A DNA stretch of 64,000 nucleotides, from positions 9,506 to 73,505 of IMG/VR virus record IMGVR_UViG_3300030685_000353; one strand, given 5' to 3'. The stretch comes from a virus. How positions within the stretch are numbered: position 1 is the stretch's first letter; every line of letters starts with the position of its first letter. This document shows positions 29,413 to 39,865 of this stretch, piece by piece. Made by a program: the position numbers and the translations under genes. The notes under the pieces are model-generated. The model did not search any database. It was given only the letters and a program-made list of their open reading frames with translations, and was not told where the DNA came from.

Positions 29413-29863
29413 CTTTTTCTTTTTTATTTCCGGCGTTAAATAGCATTACGAATAAGTTCTCTATTTTACCATAGATGAATTCATATGCATCCATGAATAA
29501 TTTGCCAAATACCCAATTTAAACATGATACTGGCCATAAAAACCACCATCTGAATACTGCAAATCTAAGATCGAAATCACTCTTTTCAGTAGTGCTTAAT
29601 TCTTTTCCTTTAAAATAAGTACGGATTAATGAAAAGATGAAACCGATTAGGACGTATCCGATAATATTTTTCCATGTAAATACATGCAATACCGGTAAAT
29701 TTCCCCATAAGTAATTCACTGCAAGAAAGACAAGTGTTACTGCAAATGCAGATGATCCACTGTCAGACAAATCTGAAACGAAAAGGAGAATAATAAAGAT
29801 TAACAATGACAATGCGAGAATCCACGAACTGCCAAATAAAGTAAAACCTAGAAGTAAACTCAT
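29402..29863 (-). CDS. Membrane protein
   Basis: Several hydrophobic segments, WWFLWP. Confidence 0.7.
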   Translation of the reverse strand: MSLLLGFTLFGSSWILALSLLIFIILLFVSDLSDSGSSAFAVTLVFLAVNYLWGNLPVLHVFTWKNIIGYVLIGFIFSLIRTYFKGKELSTTEKSDFDLRFAVFRWWFLWPVSCLNWVFGKLFMDAYEFIYGKIENLFVMLFNAGNKKEKDVK

Positions 29864-29906
29864 ATTTTTTTATTTTAATGATTAGATAAAATATAACAAA
29901 TGCATG

Positions 29907-30347
29907 CTACAATAGAAAATTATCGGCACACCATAGAATATCAGACTTTGGATAATCATGCACGCTTTTAAATCTAAGAAATATTAATTCGTCCGAAACG
30001 ATATCGCCATTTGTACCTACATAATATTTAGCACCTTTAGGTATACGCCAAACAGTATTCGAAAATCCAGTGCTTTCACGTTTAGCATGTAGTCCATTTT
30101 CTATGTCCCATCTGAAGTGTTTATAAAACCAACCTAATTCTACAAAATGTTGGGAAGTTTTACGTTTCTTGAATGTTGCTGTTTCTCTCAAAGAATACCA
30201 ATGATTCTCAAAGAAATGTCCGTATAATGCAATTTTCTCATTTTTAGTTTCAGTAGCTTTTTCTACTAATACTACAGAACATTTTTTATAGACTTCTATG
30301 TCTTTCTTAGCAGTTTTGGCAAAGTAATGGGTAGTTTGTAGGCACAT
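29907..30347 (-). CDS. MCLxT...IPKG family paralog 1
   Basis: MCL.T, AK.DI.VYK, GLHA, W.IPKG..YY shared with 31139 and 31671. Confidence 0.75.
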   Translation of the reverse strand: MCLQTTHYFAKTAKKDIEVYKKCSVVLVEKATETKNEKIALYGHFFENHWYSLRETATFKKRKTSQHFVELGWFYKHFRWDIENGLHAKRESTGFSNTVWRIPKGAKYYVGTNGDIVSDELIFLRFKSVHDYPKSDILWCADNFLL

Positions 30348-30348
30348 A

Positions 30349-31146
30349 TTATAAAATGTTTTCTTGTTCTTGTTCTTGTTCTATTTTATCACAATTTGGA
30401 TTAAACTGTGCAACTTCTTTAAGTTCTACAATTTTTTCTTTTATCGTAGTACTAATCTTTTTTGGCTTTAATTTAGATTCTTCTATTATCATCGGTTCTA
30501 TGACATATTTCCAGTCTGATATACTACGATACAGATAACAACCTACAGACATTTTTCTATTTCTGTCTTTGTCGATATTAAAGTATGAGCTGCTACTAGA
30601 TGAAAAATGATACTGATGTTCAGTTGAAAATACAGGATATGGTCCAATCCGATGAGAAGCATGTACGAAATCATCATTTGACCATAGAGGAAATAATGTA
30701 GCTAACTTCTGTGTCCAATCTCGTTCACTAGCATATCTATAGCCAAATTGATCCATGATAAATTTTATTTCAGCTGGTTCAATATGAATGCTATCCATAG
30801 TAAATTCTTTTATGAAAATATCGAATAATTCAGCTTTAATATCATCTCTACTATCGTTCAATTTGATAATTGAAGAATACGCATCATTATATGCATCAAC
30901 TAAATCTCTGAAGTTTATGAATTCTACGTAAGCTTCATGTCTAACTGCATTTCTCCTTCTTGTGGCTTTACTAGAAGGATTATTTGATGCAAACTGAATG
31001 TATGCATCATACATGACCAAGTATTTAACCGCTTTTGTACGTTGTGAATCAATATCAGTTAGTTTATCGTACAATTTTACTAACATCTGTATCTGCTTTT
31101 CAGATATATCGGAATATTTCTTTATGAATTTTGTATAACTACTCAT
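30349..31146 (-). CDS. Hypothetical protein
   Basis: 265-aa ORF. Confidence 0.6.
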   Translation of the reverse strand: MSSYTKFIKKYSDISEKQIQMLVKLYDKLTDIDSQRTKAVKYLVMYDAYIQFASNNPSSKATRRRNAVRHEAYVEFINFRDLVDAYNDAYSSIIKLNDSRDDIKAELFDIFIKEFTMDSIHIEPAEIKFIMDQFGYRYASERDWTQKLATLFPLWSNDDFVHASHRIGPYPVFSTEHQYHFSSSSSSYFNIDKDRNRKMSVGCYLYRSISDWKYVIEPMIIEESKLKPKKISTTIKEKIVELKEVAQFNPNCDKIEQEQEQENIL

Positions 31147-31669
31147 CTCTCCACTTTATTAGCTTCTCCATTTTTTCTGTCTTCGTTTTCATCGGTCCAT
31201 AAAAACTTTCAAATATCATCTTTTCTGCTACAATATCATTCTGTGTACCCAAATAGTATTTTGTACCTTTTGGTATTATCCAAATAGTATTTATTGATCC
31301 CCTTAATTTAGTGGAAACTCTAGCATGAAGACCATCATCTATCATCCAAAAGAACCCATCCAATTTAAAAGTTTTCTTAAACGTTGCAGTTTCTTCTTTA
31401 CTATACAAGTAAGAAGATTGAAAAGAACCTCGTAATTGAATAGCACAATATTCTTCTTTTCGTGAATTGTATTCATCATGACGATAGATAGTAGTATCTA
31501 CAGTATTGTAAAATTCATTACGATAATATCCTAAACTGTTTGATCCAAGAAAATATTTTTTCTTTTCAAGCGTAGATTGATTGAAAACACCCATAATTCT
31601 GCAATGCTTATATACTAAAATATCTTGCTTGGCAGTTTTTGGGAAAAAGTGTGTAGTTTTTAAGCACAT
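31139..31669 (-). CDS. MCLxT...IPKG family paralog 2
   Basis: Same motifs as 29907. Confidence 0.75.
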   Translation of the reverse strand: MCLKTTHFFPKTAKQDILVYKHCRIMGVFNQSTLEKKKYFLGSNSLGYYRNEFYNTVDTTIYRHDEYNSRKEEYCAIQLRGSFQSSYLYSKEETATFKKTFKLDGFFWMIDDGLHARVSTKLRGSINTIWIIPKGTKYYLGTQNDIVAEKMIFESFYGPMKTKTEKMEKLIKWRDE

Positions 31670-31670
31670 A

Positions 31671-32177
31671 TTAACATTCAGTTAAAGTTGTTGTATTATC
31701 TTTCCATTGTATGATGAAGTGTTTTTCATGTGACCATTTGCCCCAATATCCATGGTGATCAGGATCTAAGATGTATAGATATTCTCCTGCTTCACCATTT
31801 AGATTACTATGATTATAAGGTAGTAGTCTTGAAAAGTTCAATCTGGTAGATACTATCTCAGACTCAGACTTATAGTAACATGAACCTCTTGGTATAATCC
31901 ATTCAGTATTGTTACGAAACTTGTTGTTTATATTAGCATGCAATCCTTCTTCGATATTAGCACGATAATTAAATAATGAATTTTGAACAACTTTCACTCC
32001 TAATCCGGAACGTTCTTTTTTATTGTATACATGTCCTCTTCTCACAGCAGCTTTCAATTCTATCACTGTGGGATTGAATTCATCACCTTCATACTTAAGA
32101 TAGATTTCACAATTTTTGTACACTACGATATCTTTCCATGCAAATCGTGGAATAATTTGAGAGGTTCTTAAACACAT
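31671..32177 (-). CDS. MCLxT...IPKG family paralog 3
   Basis: Same motifs as 29907. Confidence 0.75.
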   Translation of the reverse strand: MCLRTSQIIPRFAWKDIVVYKNCEIYLKYEGDEFNPTVIELKAAVRRGHVYNKKERSGLGVKVVQNSLFNYRANIEEGLHANINNKFRNNTEWIIPRGSCYYKSESEIVSTRLNFSRLLPYNHSNLNGEAGEYLYILDPDHHGYWGKWSHEKHFIIQWKDNTTTLTEC

Positions 32178-33125
32178 ACTATTATGCTAATTTAATTTTG
32201 GATTTAAAAGAATAAATGATTGTACTGCTATAGTAGTCATAGAAACTGTTTTTTCAACTTCTGGACCACCTGGAAAACTATATTCTTTAACCATCTTAGA
32301 AATGAATGACATGTTCGATACTGCTTCACAGGGTGTTAAAGAATTCCACCAAGCTGTAATTTCTTTAGTTAATTTCATAATTTTCTTTTTCGTATTTCAC
32401 GTTCTAAACATCTTCTTTGAATATGTTGAGGTCCTTTACTAATAGTCCAATCATACATATAGTACAAAACTTTTAATTCACTATCAGTTAAATCTCTTGC
32501 TTCTTTTACTATTCTTCTAGCAGAAGTTCCCCACCACCAATTAAAATATTTTGTAGTATCTCTTACCATATCTAAAAGTTTGAATTTAAAAAATCTTTCC
32601 AAGAAACCCAACCACAATCTTTATATGTTTTGTTAGGCCTTAGTGGTAGAAAACCTACTGCCCAACCTTGCATTTTTTTCACAAATTGGGCTTTTGTCTT
32701 TATATTGGGATAATGGGTTGCCATATGAGCTTTTGACTCTTCGTATGTCCAATAGTTCATAAAATGATATTCAAGAGGATTATTATACAGATGATCAAGA
32801 TGGAAATCAGTGACCATTTCAAGCTATATTTGAGTATTTTTCTACTGTACATCTACAATACAATCATTATTTTCGATATGTCTATGTACTTTATCCGGAT
32901 TTATGTATACGTGTGGAAGATTAACAGGTTCAGACAATCTCCAACATCTATTAATTTTTTCACCAACAACTATTGTATTGTTAGGAGAAATAAATGCTAT
33001 TCTTCCTCCCGGTGCATTATCTAGTACCGCAAAAACTTCGAATTTAACTATCTGTTCTCCGAAATCAGTTTTTACTGCAATCGTTATCTTATCTCCTTTA
33101 TTCATAATAACATATTTTGTGAAAA

Positions 33126-33785
33126 TTAAAAAACTTTTGTTTGATCACCACATTTACCTACCTCTTTTTTCTCCATACGTTCTTCCCAGTCACCAATACT
33201 GCATGGATAATTTCTACAATTGTCACATGCATACTCTTTTACTAGTGATATAATTTCAGGTGTATTACCTGAACGTTCTACACGTCCTATACTTTGCAGA
33301 TTTCTTATTTCATCTTCAGTTGATACTGGACCCATATCGATCGGATCCATTAGAATTATGTTATTGGTAGTTTCTCTGAACTTAGCAAGTTTACGATTCA
33401 TTTCCATCATCTTCTCGTCAATCATCTCGGCTGCACTGGGTAGAGGTTTTAGCCCATCATCTGCTTGTTTAATTTCACATATCATACAATCTAAGAAAGC
33501 TTCTCTACTTTTTCTGTCATAAGAAGGCCACCAATGACTAGTATCACGAGGTTTTTCTATTCGCTTATCAGTTTTACTGTAGAAATTTGCATTCTCATAC
33601 GTGAATAGAGGAATACAACGCTCTAAATCATTATATCCTTTACAATAATGATTATAATGAGCTAAAGATTTGCTTATTTGCCAACATAATCCTCTTCTAC
33701 AGTCATCTTCGAATAGTTCAATCTTCGCTCTTTCCAGTACTTGAATCTGTTGTTTCAGTGTCAGTCTTTTTGATTCTATTTGCAT
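33126..33785 (-). CDS. GLC...YWW family paralog 1
   Basis: I.S..TL..Q, GLC, IP.F, WW, R.AFL shared with 33980, 34889 and 35323. Confidence 0.7.
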   Translation of the reverse strand: MQIESKRLTLKQQIQVLERAKIELFEDDCRRGLCWQISKSLAHYNHYCKGYNDLERCIPLFTYENANFYSKTDKRIEKPRDTSHWWPSYDRKSREAFLDCMICEIKQADDGLKPLPSAAEMIDEKMMEMNRKLAKFRETTNNIILMDPIDMGPVSTEDEIRNLQSIGRVERSGNTPEIISLVKEYACDNCRNYPCSIGDWEERMEKKEVGKCGDQTKVF

Positions 33786-33979
33786 TTCGTCTAAATTTAA
33801 AAAAATATACGATTAGTAAAACGATAAGTAGAGGTAATGTTAATGGCCATAGTAAGCCAATTCCAAATACTCCGAGCATTGGATTCTCTACAACTTTATC
33901 TCTATTTTTAGGTAACTTATCGTCTAAGTATTTTGTAATCAGAACAGCTGCTGCAAATCCTGATACATAAATTTGTGTT

Positions 33980-34429
33980 CTATTCAGCATTGAAATAGTT
34001 TTTAATTGATCTCAAATATCCGGCAAATCTCTGTTTAATCTCATCCACTCTTATTGTCCACTCGATTTCATGCATCATCATGAATAGAAAAGCTTTTCTT
34101 GATATGAAATCATCTTTTGGCCACCAGTATCTATCGTGTGCCATTATTGGCTTACTTATTCCAAAACGTCTAGAATACTTTTTAGCAACCTCAAATCTTA
34201 GTTGAGGAACATATCTGTGTGATAAAACAACATTATCAGGTCCGACAAAACCAAGCTCTCTAATTGCTACTGCTACATAATAGCATAATCCATGAGTAAG
34301 AGGCATTGGTAATGTATCAACATCTTTCCTCATAATTTCATCAGCTCTCCTCAGAACTAGTAGCTGATCAAGTAATCCGATCTTATCCGACTTTATAGTT
34401 ACTTTCATATTCTTTATTTTAGATTCCAA
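33980..34429 (-). CDS. GLC...YWW family paralog 2
   Basis: Shared motifs. Confidence 0.7.
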   Translation of the reverse strand: MESKIKNMKVTIKSDKIGLLDQLLVLRRADEIMRKDVDTLPMPLTHGLCYYVAVAIRELGFVGPDNVVLSHRYVPQLRFEVAKKYSRRFGISKPIMAHDRYWWPKDDFISRKAFLFMMMHEIEWTIRVDEIKQRFAGYLRSIKNYFNAE

Positions 34430-34668
34430 GTAACCGATCTATAGCATCATCCCATTGATGGAAAATACATTCTCTCCTAGGAATTTTACCTTCAACCGGT
34501 ATTTCAATAAGTTCATCTTCATATTTAAGTTTCCATCCAGTCTCTTTTTTCTCACGGATATCAGCTAATAAAATGAGAAACTCTATCTCATTTATGAAAC
34601 CCTCGGTTTCTCCAATAGGATTAAAGACTTCTACTGTCTCAATCTGAATTCTACACAGTTTAATCATA

Positions 34669-34899
34669 TTACTTTACAAAATTTGGTTTTCCTTCAAATA
34701 CTTCCCATGATAAGTGAATCCATCCACTAGGGATATAGTGGCTAACCATTTTACTGTCTAATATTCTATGACCTCCACTATCACTTACGTTCAAATGTGT
34801 TGGCTTGTCTATTGTTACAGTAGCTCCATTAGCCCATCGATAAGTTCTAGATTTCTCTGAAGATATCTCTTTAAATACTAATCCACTTTCATTGTACAT
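34669..34899 (-). CDS. Small phage protein
   Basis: ISSEKSRTY...LNVSDSGGHRI...HYIPSGW. Confidence 0.6.
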   Translation of the reverse strand: MYNESGLVFKEISSEKSRTYRWANGATVTIDKPTHLNVSDSGGHRILDSKMVSHYIPSGWIHLSWEVFEGKPNFVK

Positions 34900-35326
34900 A
34901 CTTTATAAGTTTATTGTAAGCATCCTTTAAATGATTCTTAATCTTAGTCTTCATTTCTTCCCATACAATAAGAACCTCAATTCTTACTAAGATTTGTTCA
35001 AAGTATGCAATACGTGCAACTTTATTTTTGACGTCCCACCAATATCCCATAGTTTCATTACACAGTTCTGGAACTTCAAACTTATGTTTCTTTGCATATT
35101 TCTTTGCAATCTTGTAATCAAACTGAGGAATGAACTCTCCCAAGGTATTGTACGATATTTTCCACGAATCCCTTTCACGTTCAGTTCCCTCAAAATGCTT
35201 AATTAATGCATTATACGTATAGTTACAAAGACCTACTTTATCATCTAACGTTTTCAGTGAATTAATGACACTTTCAACTATCCCTTTCTGTTCCAGTAGT
35301 GTAATTCTTTCCGATTTTATTTTCAT
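34889..35326 (-). CDS. GLC...YWW family paralog 3
   Basis: Shared motifs; closest to 35323. Confidence 0.75.
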   Translation of the reverse strand: MKIKSERITLLEQKGIVESVINSLKTLDDKVGLCNYTYNALIKHFEGTERERDSWKISYNTLGEFIPQFDYKIAKKYAKKHKFEVPELCNETMGYWWDVKNKVARIAYFEQILVRIEVLIVWEEMKTKIKNHLKDAYNKLIKYVQ

Positions 35327-35769
35327 ACCAACTTCGTTAGTTTTGTAATTGATTCTTTAACATCTGACTTCACATTTTCCCATAAATCACCAATAGTAAT
35401 AAGGATCGTCACTCTCACCATCATTTGATGCAAGTATGCTAGTCTCGATAGCTTATCATCAACTGGCCACCAATACCCTGAACTGAATGTAGATTCATCT
35501 AGTCTAGTTAATGGCATTTCATAGTGATGTTGTTTCGCATACTTCTTTGCTGTCTTCAAATTGAACTGAGGGATGAACTCTCCCAAACTAGTATGCGTTA
35601 TTTTCCACGGTTGCTTAATGTTACCTGTGGCATTTGAGTAACTGACTAATGCAGTATAGAGATAGTAACAAAGTCCTTTATTTTGAACAGAGTCTTTCAC
35701 CAATGACATAGCAATTCTGAGCACTGCTTCCTGTTCCAATAAAGTAATTTTTTTCGATTTGATTTTCAT
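35323..35769 (-). CDS. GLC...YWW family paralog 4
   Basis: MKIKS..ITLLEQ and LGEFIPQF...AKKYAK shared with 34889. Confidence 0.75.
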   Translation of the reverse strand: MKIKSKKITLLEQEAVLRIAMSLVKDSVQNKGLCYYLYTALVSYSNATGNIKQPWKITHTSLGEFIPQFNLKTAKKYAKQHHYEMPLTRLDESTFSSGYWWPVDDKLSRLAYLHQMMVRVTILITIGDLWENVKSDVKESITKLTKLV

Positions 35770-36136
35770 TTGAACTCCGTTAAGAATAGAACAATATAAA
35801 ACATAGAATAAATCAGCATAATAGGCATTCCGATCATTATAGCTGGATATCCGTGTGTAAATTCACCATTAGTTACATAGTCCATAATTTTCCATATTAG
35901 GAAATAGCCTATTAGAAATAAAGTGAACCCTAAGACATAATTCATACATTTTCATTTTGATAGAATACAATTACTAATAATTGATAGAATACAATATAAC
36001 CAATTAGATACTCAAAAGAAACTGATTACTCTGATCAAATCTGTGTATAACTCAACATGCTTCAAAAGCTTCATAGTTGTTGGATTTGATAAGGTATCTA
36101 TGCATAGCTGCGTTACTATGGTGGTAGTTGAAGTAG

Positions 36137-36229
36137 CTGGGTACTCTGAGGTTATCTGAGGAATATCTGAGGTGATACTGAGTACTCTGAAGGATATCTG
36201 GGTAGTCTGAAAGAACTGAAGAATCTGAT
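36137..36229. repeat. Ten CTG(A/G) units at ~10-bp spacing
   Basis: CTG at 36137, 36146, 36156, 36167, 36178, 36187, 36198, 36207, 36216, 36225. Confidence 0.65.
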
Positions 36230-36266
36230 GCAGATCGAACCAGGGAGAATCTAGCTTAGCCCCGCC

Positions 36267-36437
36267 CTATGTTCTCTGCGAGTTGGGCACCTATATGCGC
36301 ACCTTTGTACAAGCAGCTGATCCTTTTGAACAAGCTTTGCAGCTGCTTGTACCTTACTTGCTCCTAACTGCTTGCTAAGCTGTCCACTATGTTCCCCTCA
36401 AGTTGGGCACCTATAGTGCGCATCTAAGTACAAGCAG
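36267..36437. repeat. Two ~50-bp imperfect direct repeats
   Basis: CTATGTTC-n5/6-AGTTGGGCACCTATA(G)TGCGCA-n5-GTACAAGCAG at ~36267 and ~36387. Confidence 0.8.
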
Positions 36438-36466
36438 TAGGTGGATGAATCACAAGCAATCTACTC

Positions 36467-36826
36467 CTAGATTGCTTCCTGTATTACAGGTGTGTTATCC
36501 ATTACCAAGAATGAGGTTCCTGAAGTTCCACTTCCGTATGTACGGTAAAAGTCCTGCTTATCGAGGATGATAGAGCTTATTCTTCTCCATTCCTTCTCAT
36601 CGTCATCTGTAAGCCATACCTCTGTATGACCACTTTTCCGAGTCTTAAGGGTGGATACCGTACAGTGCTTACTGTAGAAGTAATGTACTTTCTCAGTATC
36701 ATGCTTGCTTTTGTAACATACGATAACTAACACCTTCATCCCTTTAGTCAGCTTATCCGGAGATAGTCTAGAGGTACGATGTTTAAGGTATTCTGCTTTC
36801 GTTGTTGGGTTAGCCATGTCTCTCAT
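36467..36826 (-). CDS. Hypothetical protein
   Basis: Last gene of the early cassette region. Confidence 0.55.
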   Translation of the reverse strand: MRDMANPTTKAEYLKHRTSRLSPDKLTKGMKVLVIVCYKSKHDTEKVHYFYSKHCTVSTLKTRKSGHTEVWLTDDDEKEWRRISSIILDKQDFYRTYGSGTSGTSFLVMDNTPVIQEAI

Positions 36827-37288
36827 ATTATATTGTTAGAGCAAAATTGACAGTTTCTTATTTTGCATGTTTTACAATCGTAAATTGATGTATTATTATC
36901 GATCCAATCTTCTTCCATGTGGTTTTATTTTTAATTACAATACAAATATAACACATTTCTATCATAGTGGGAAACGCTAGATAAAAAGAAGTGCAAGAAT
37001 GAAACAGATTGATAAGACGTAGAACGAAATGACGACTTTTGGGAATGTAAGTTTCATGTCTGTAGCATTTTGATTAGTAATAAGTACCTATTTAGGAGTC
37101 TTTAAGATTAAGGACGAATACTCGAAGGAATTGGCGTTGGATAATGGATTAGATATTTAATCCGAAATCTATGAACGTAGTAGTCTTTCCTTTCATGAAA
37201 TCTCCATACGAGGGAGCTGCGATATTGTTCTTTGAACAGTAAATGCAATACAGTAACCAGAGTTTGAATGGGTTCATATGTCTATTTG

Positions 37289-37501
37289 TTATTCATCTTC
37301 TTCTGATGGATCTAGTTCGATTAGTTCAAATTCCTGAAAGAGTCCTTGGACGAAAATGTCAACTTCTCGGTAGGTTTGAAGGATGTCTTTATAACGAAGT
37401 ACACATTCGATGAAATTCTCAGTACATTCTGGAGTCAAATATCCATTAGCGAGATCGATTAGATATTGACGAAGTTCTTCTAGTGTGATAGGCTGTTCCA
37501 T
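37289..37501 (-). CDS. Small acidic protein
   Basis: 70-aa ATG ORF. Confidence 0.55.
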   Translation of the reverse strand: MEQPITLEELRQYLIDLANGYLTPECTENFIECVLRYKDILQTYREVDIFVQGLFQEFELIELDPSEEDE

Positions 37502-37527
37502 GATAATGGTTTATATTAATGATGGTT

Positions 37528-37570
37528 CCAAGTTTAAGACGAATACTCGAAGGAAACGTCTTAAACTTGG
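37528..37570. repeat. Perfect 14-bp inverted repeat
   Basis: CCAAGTTTAAGACG-15nt-CGTCTTAAACTTGG. Confidence 0.8.
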
Positions 37571-37583
37571 TCTATCCTTGCTG

Positions 37584-37967
37584 TTAATGATTACGATAGT
37601 ACTCTTTGCGTCTATTTACGATTCCTCTGATGCAGCAATGTAGAGCTTCGATAGGGTCAGTGAAGAGGATGCGATCTACCATATAGCTGATGAACTGGTC
37701 ATTTCCATAATTAGCAGGGCGTTTGACTTTTATCACTGGGTTTATCTGATACATCTGATTCCAGCCGACGTGTTTAACTATTCTACGTACATATCCTGAT
37801 GAATATATGCCGTAGTAGACTTTTGATTCAGTATCGAAAATGAAGATAGTTCCATTCTTCCGTTGAGTATCTGAAGAAACATCTGATATACCACCTATCT
37901 GACAAAGTGTAAGAAGAATGTGTTTTCTGATGTCGTCTGTGAGTGTGAATGTATGTGGGGTTGCCAT
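37584..37967 (-). CDS. STxRQxKNGT family protein without the KFGF tag
   Basis: VSSDTQRKNGTIF...YGIYSSGYVRR. Confidence 0.65.
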   Translation of the reverse strand: MATPHTFTLTDDIRKHILLTLCQIGGISDVSSDTQRKNGTIFIFDTESKVYYGIYSSGYVRRIVKHVGWNQMYQINPVIKVKRPANYGNDQFISYMVDRILFTDPIEALHCCIRGIVNRRKEYYRNH

Positions 37968-38139
37968 AATATTAAGAACAGATGATTTGACCTACTACAT
38001 AGAATACAAGGCATGAAAAGAGGGTGATTTCCCAAGGAGAAGATTTTTTGATGAGTTGTTTGATACGTTTCATATTGTTTAATTTTTAATTACAATACAA
38101 ATATAATACAATTCTATCAAGTGGGGAAACGTAAGATGA

Positions 38140-38301
38140 TTAATCTTGAAAATGTTTTATCGAACTGTCTTCGTCTTCTTCATCCTTTTCGATGTTGGTT
38201 GAAAAGGACTTGTCGTAGTCCTCTTCTTCCTTATCTATGTTAACAGAGAAGTTATCGTAGTCATCCTCTTCTTCTTTCCAATCACTTCCAAATAGTGTCA
38301 T
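38140..38301 (-). CDS. 53-aa highly acidic, internally repeated micro-protein (not in ORF track)
   Basis: MTLFGSDWKEEEDDYDNFSVNIDKEEEDYDKSFSTNIEKDEEDEDSSIKHFQD; ATG overlaps the upstream stop. Confidence 0.6.
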   Translation of the reverse strand: MTLFGSDWKEEEDDYDNFSVNIDKEEEDYDKSFSTNIEKDEEDEDSSIKHFQD

Positions 38302-38819
38302 TAGTCTATCAGAAATTTGAGGCGGTACATTCTTGTGTTGCCATTATCGTAAGGGTCATTGATGATTCCGTGGAATATCCAAAGGTCATCTGATTCCACT
38401 CTATCAGTAGCATCTAGGATACATTTAGTTATTTCGCGAAGGGAAGTAGGAGCGTTGTCCACTTTGATATCGATTGCGATATCACAATCTTCTGTGGCCC
38501 TGCCATTGTTTTTAACAGATGAACAATAGATTTTATGACCGTAAAATTTGAGGGACTTTTCCAGTTTGGCTTTCTGTTTCAGAAGAAGTTCGTGACGAGG
38601 ATCGATTACTGTGACATCTACTGTTTCTTTGTAGTTCTCAATGTCATTGAAGATCGTGGAAGAGTTAATTCCAGTACAAATTGAAAGCATATTGGCCATG
38701 TCTGAATGAGTAAAGATCGGATCATTCGATAGATGGTTATGAGCGTTCTTGATAAGAAGTTTGTAGTGCTCTTTAATGTGTCGTTTATCGACTTCTAATT
38801 GTGAGGGAATATTGTTCAT
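38301..38819 (-). CDS. Early hypothetical protein
   Basis: Directly downstream of promoter copy 38831. Confidence 0.65.
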   Translation of the reverse strand: MNNIPSQLEVDKRHIKEHYKLLIKNAHNHLSNDPIFTHSDMANMLSICTGINSSTIFNDIENYKETVDVTVIDPRHELLLKQKAKLEKSLKFYGHKIYCSSVKNNGRATEDCDIAIDIKVDNAPTSLREITKCILDATDRVESDDLWIFHGIINDPYDNGNTRMYRLKFLID

Positions 38820-38882
38820 AAGTTTTATTTTTAATTACAATACAAATTTAATACAATTCTATCAATATTGAAAACGCTGGAG

Positions 38883-39389
38883 CTATAATTTTTGCAGTTC
38901 AGAGAGTCGAATTCTTATCCTTGCAAGTTCTTCATCAGTGTAAGTGCCCGGGATGATATTTTGAGGATTTATGCGACTCCAAACGACTTTGCCGTCATGT
39001 ATTAAGTCCCATGATATAAATTGGTTAAATCTGAGCTCTTTCTTTTTACCTTTCTTTCTGAGTATGAGAAGGTCATTATCAAGTCCGTAGCTTCCGAAGA
39101 TGTAGCATTCGCATTCTTGAGCGGTTTGGAAGCAGTGGATTGAATCATCCTGGTATTCGTGTAATCGAATAGTGACTTTATCTCCAGGTTTGAGTCCCAT
39201 ACTCTCAAGGTGTGCTTGGCCGTAGATTTCTTCTTTCTTTTTGTAACTTTCTAATACGGCTAATTCACTTTCACAAATATGATCGATCTGTTCCGCTGTA
39301 AGTAGACAACGGGTAGTTTGGAAGTACCTCATTCCCATATATTCTCTTACTTCTTGAGTCATGTAGTCCCAAAGTTCTGTTTTTGTCAT
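38883..39389 (-). CDS. Early hypothetical protein
   Basis: 168-aa ORF. Confidence 0.6.
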   Translation of the reverse strand: MTKTELWDYMTQEVREYMGMRYFQTTRCLLTAEQIDHICESELAVLESYKKKEEIYGQAHLESMGLKPGDKVTIRLHEYQDDSIHCFQTAQECECYIFGSYGLDNDLLILRKKGKKKELRFNQFISWDLIHDGKVVWSRINPQNIIPGTYTDEELARIRIRLSELQKL

Positions 39390-39865
39390 CTTAGCGTTGA
39401 TTACGTGAATTGTAGCGATCGATTGTCTCTTGATCAGTTTGACCGGGTCTGGCTTCTATTTGAACTCCTTTTGCCACTGTAACCATGCGTCCTTTTATTA
39501 CTCCCATTGCTAGTTTCGTAGCTGGTACTTTACTTTTGTATACTCCGTATTTTGTATTATTGTCCATATTGATTGTTTTATTAATTACAATACAAATATA
39601 ATACAATTCTATCAAAGTGGGAAAAGCTTGATAAACTAAAATCCGTCGAATCCTAAAGTTACTGCCTCTTTGAGGTTTGCAACTTTTTTGGCGTTAGGGT
39701 ACGTGGTCATGATTTCTTCCTCTGTGAGGATATTGTGAACAAGAACTTCTCCATGTAACATGCATGCTACGTATTTCTGAGAAGCGACAGCCTTACCGAA
39801 AGTAGCGTACGTTTTATCGACTGGTAAAAAGTAGAGGTTTCCTATTGTGAATAACATAATTTGTC

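Noticed and set aside
12349-34667. LGI/FGL C-termini (12349, 21894, 34419) as tag variants
   Set aside because: They lack the RGxI...K context and are too short to distinguish from chance
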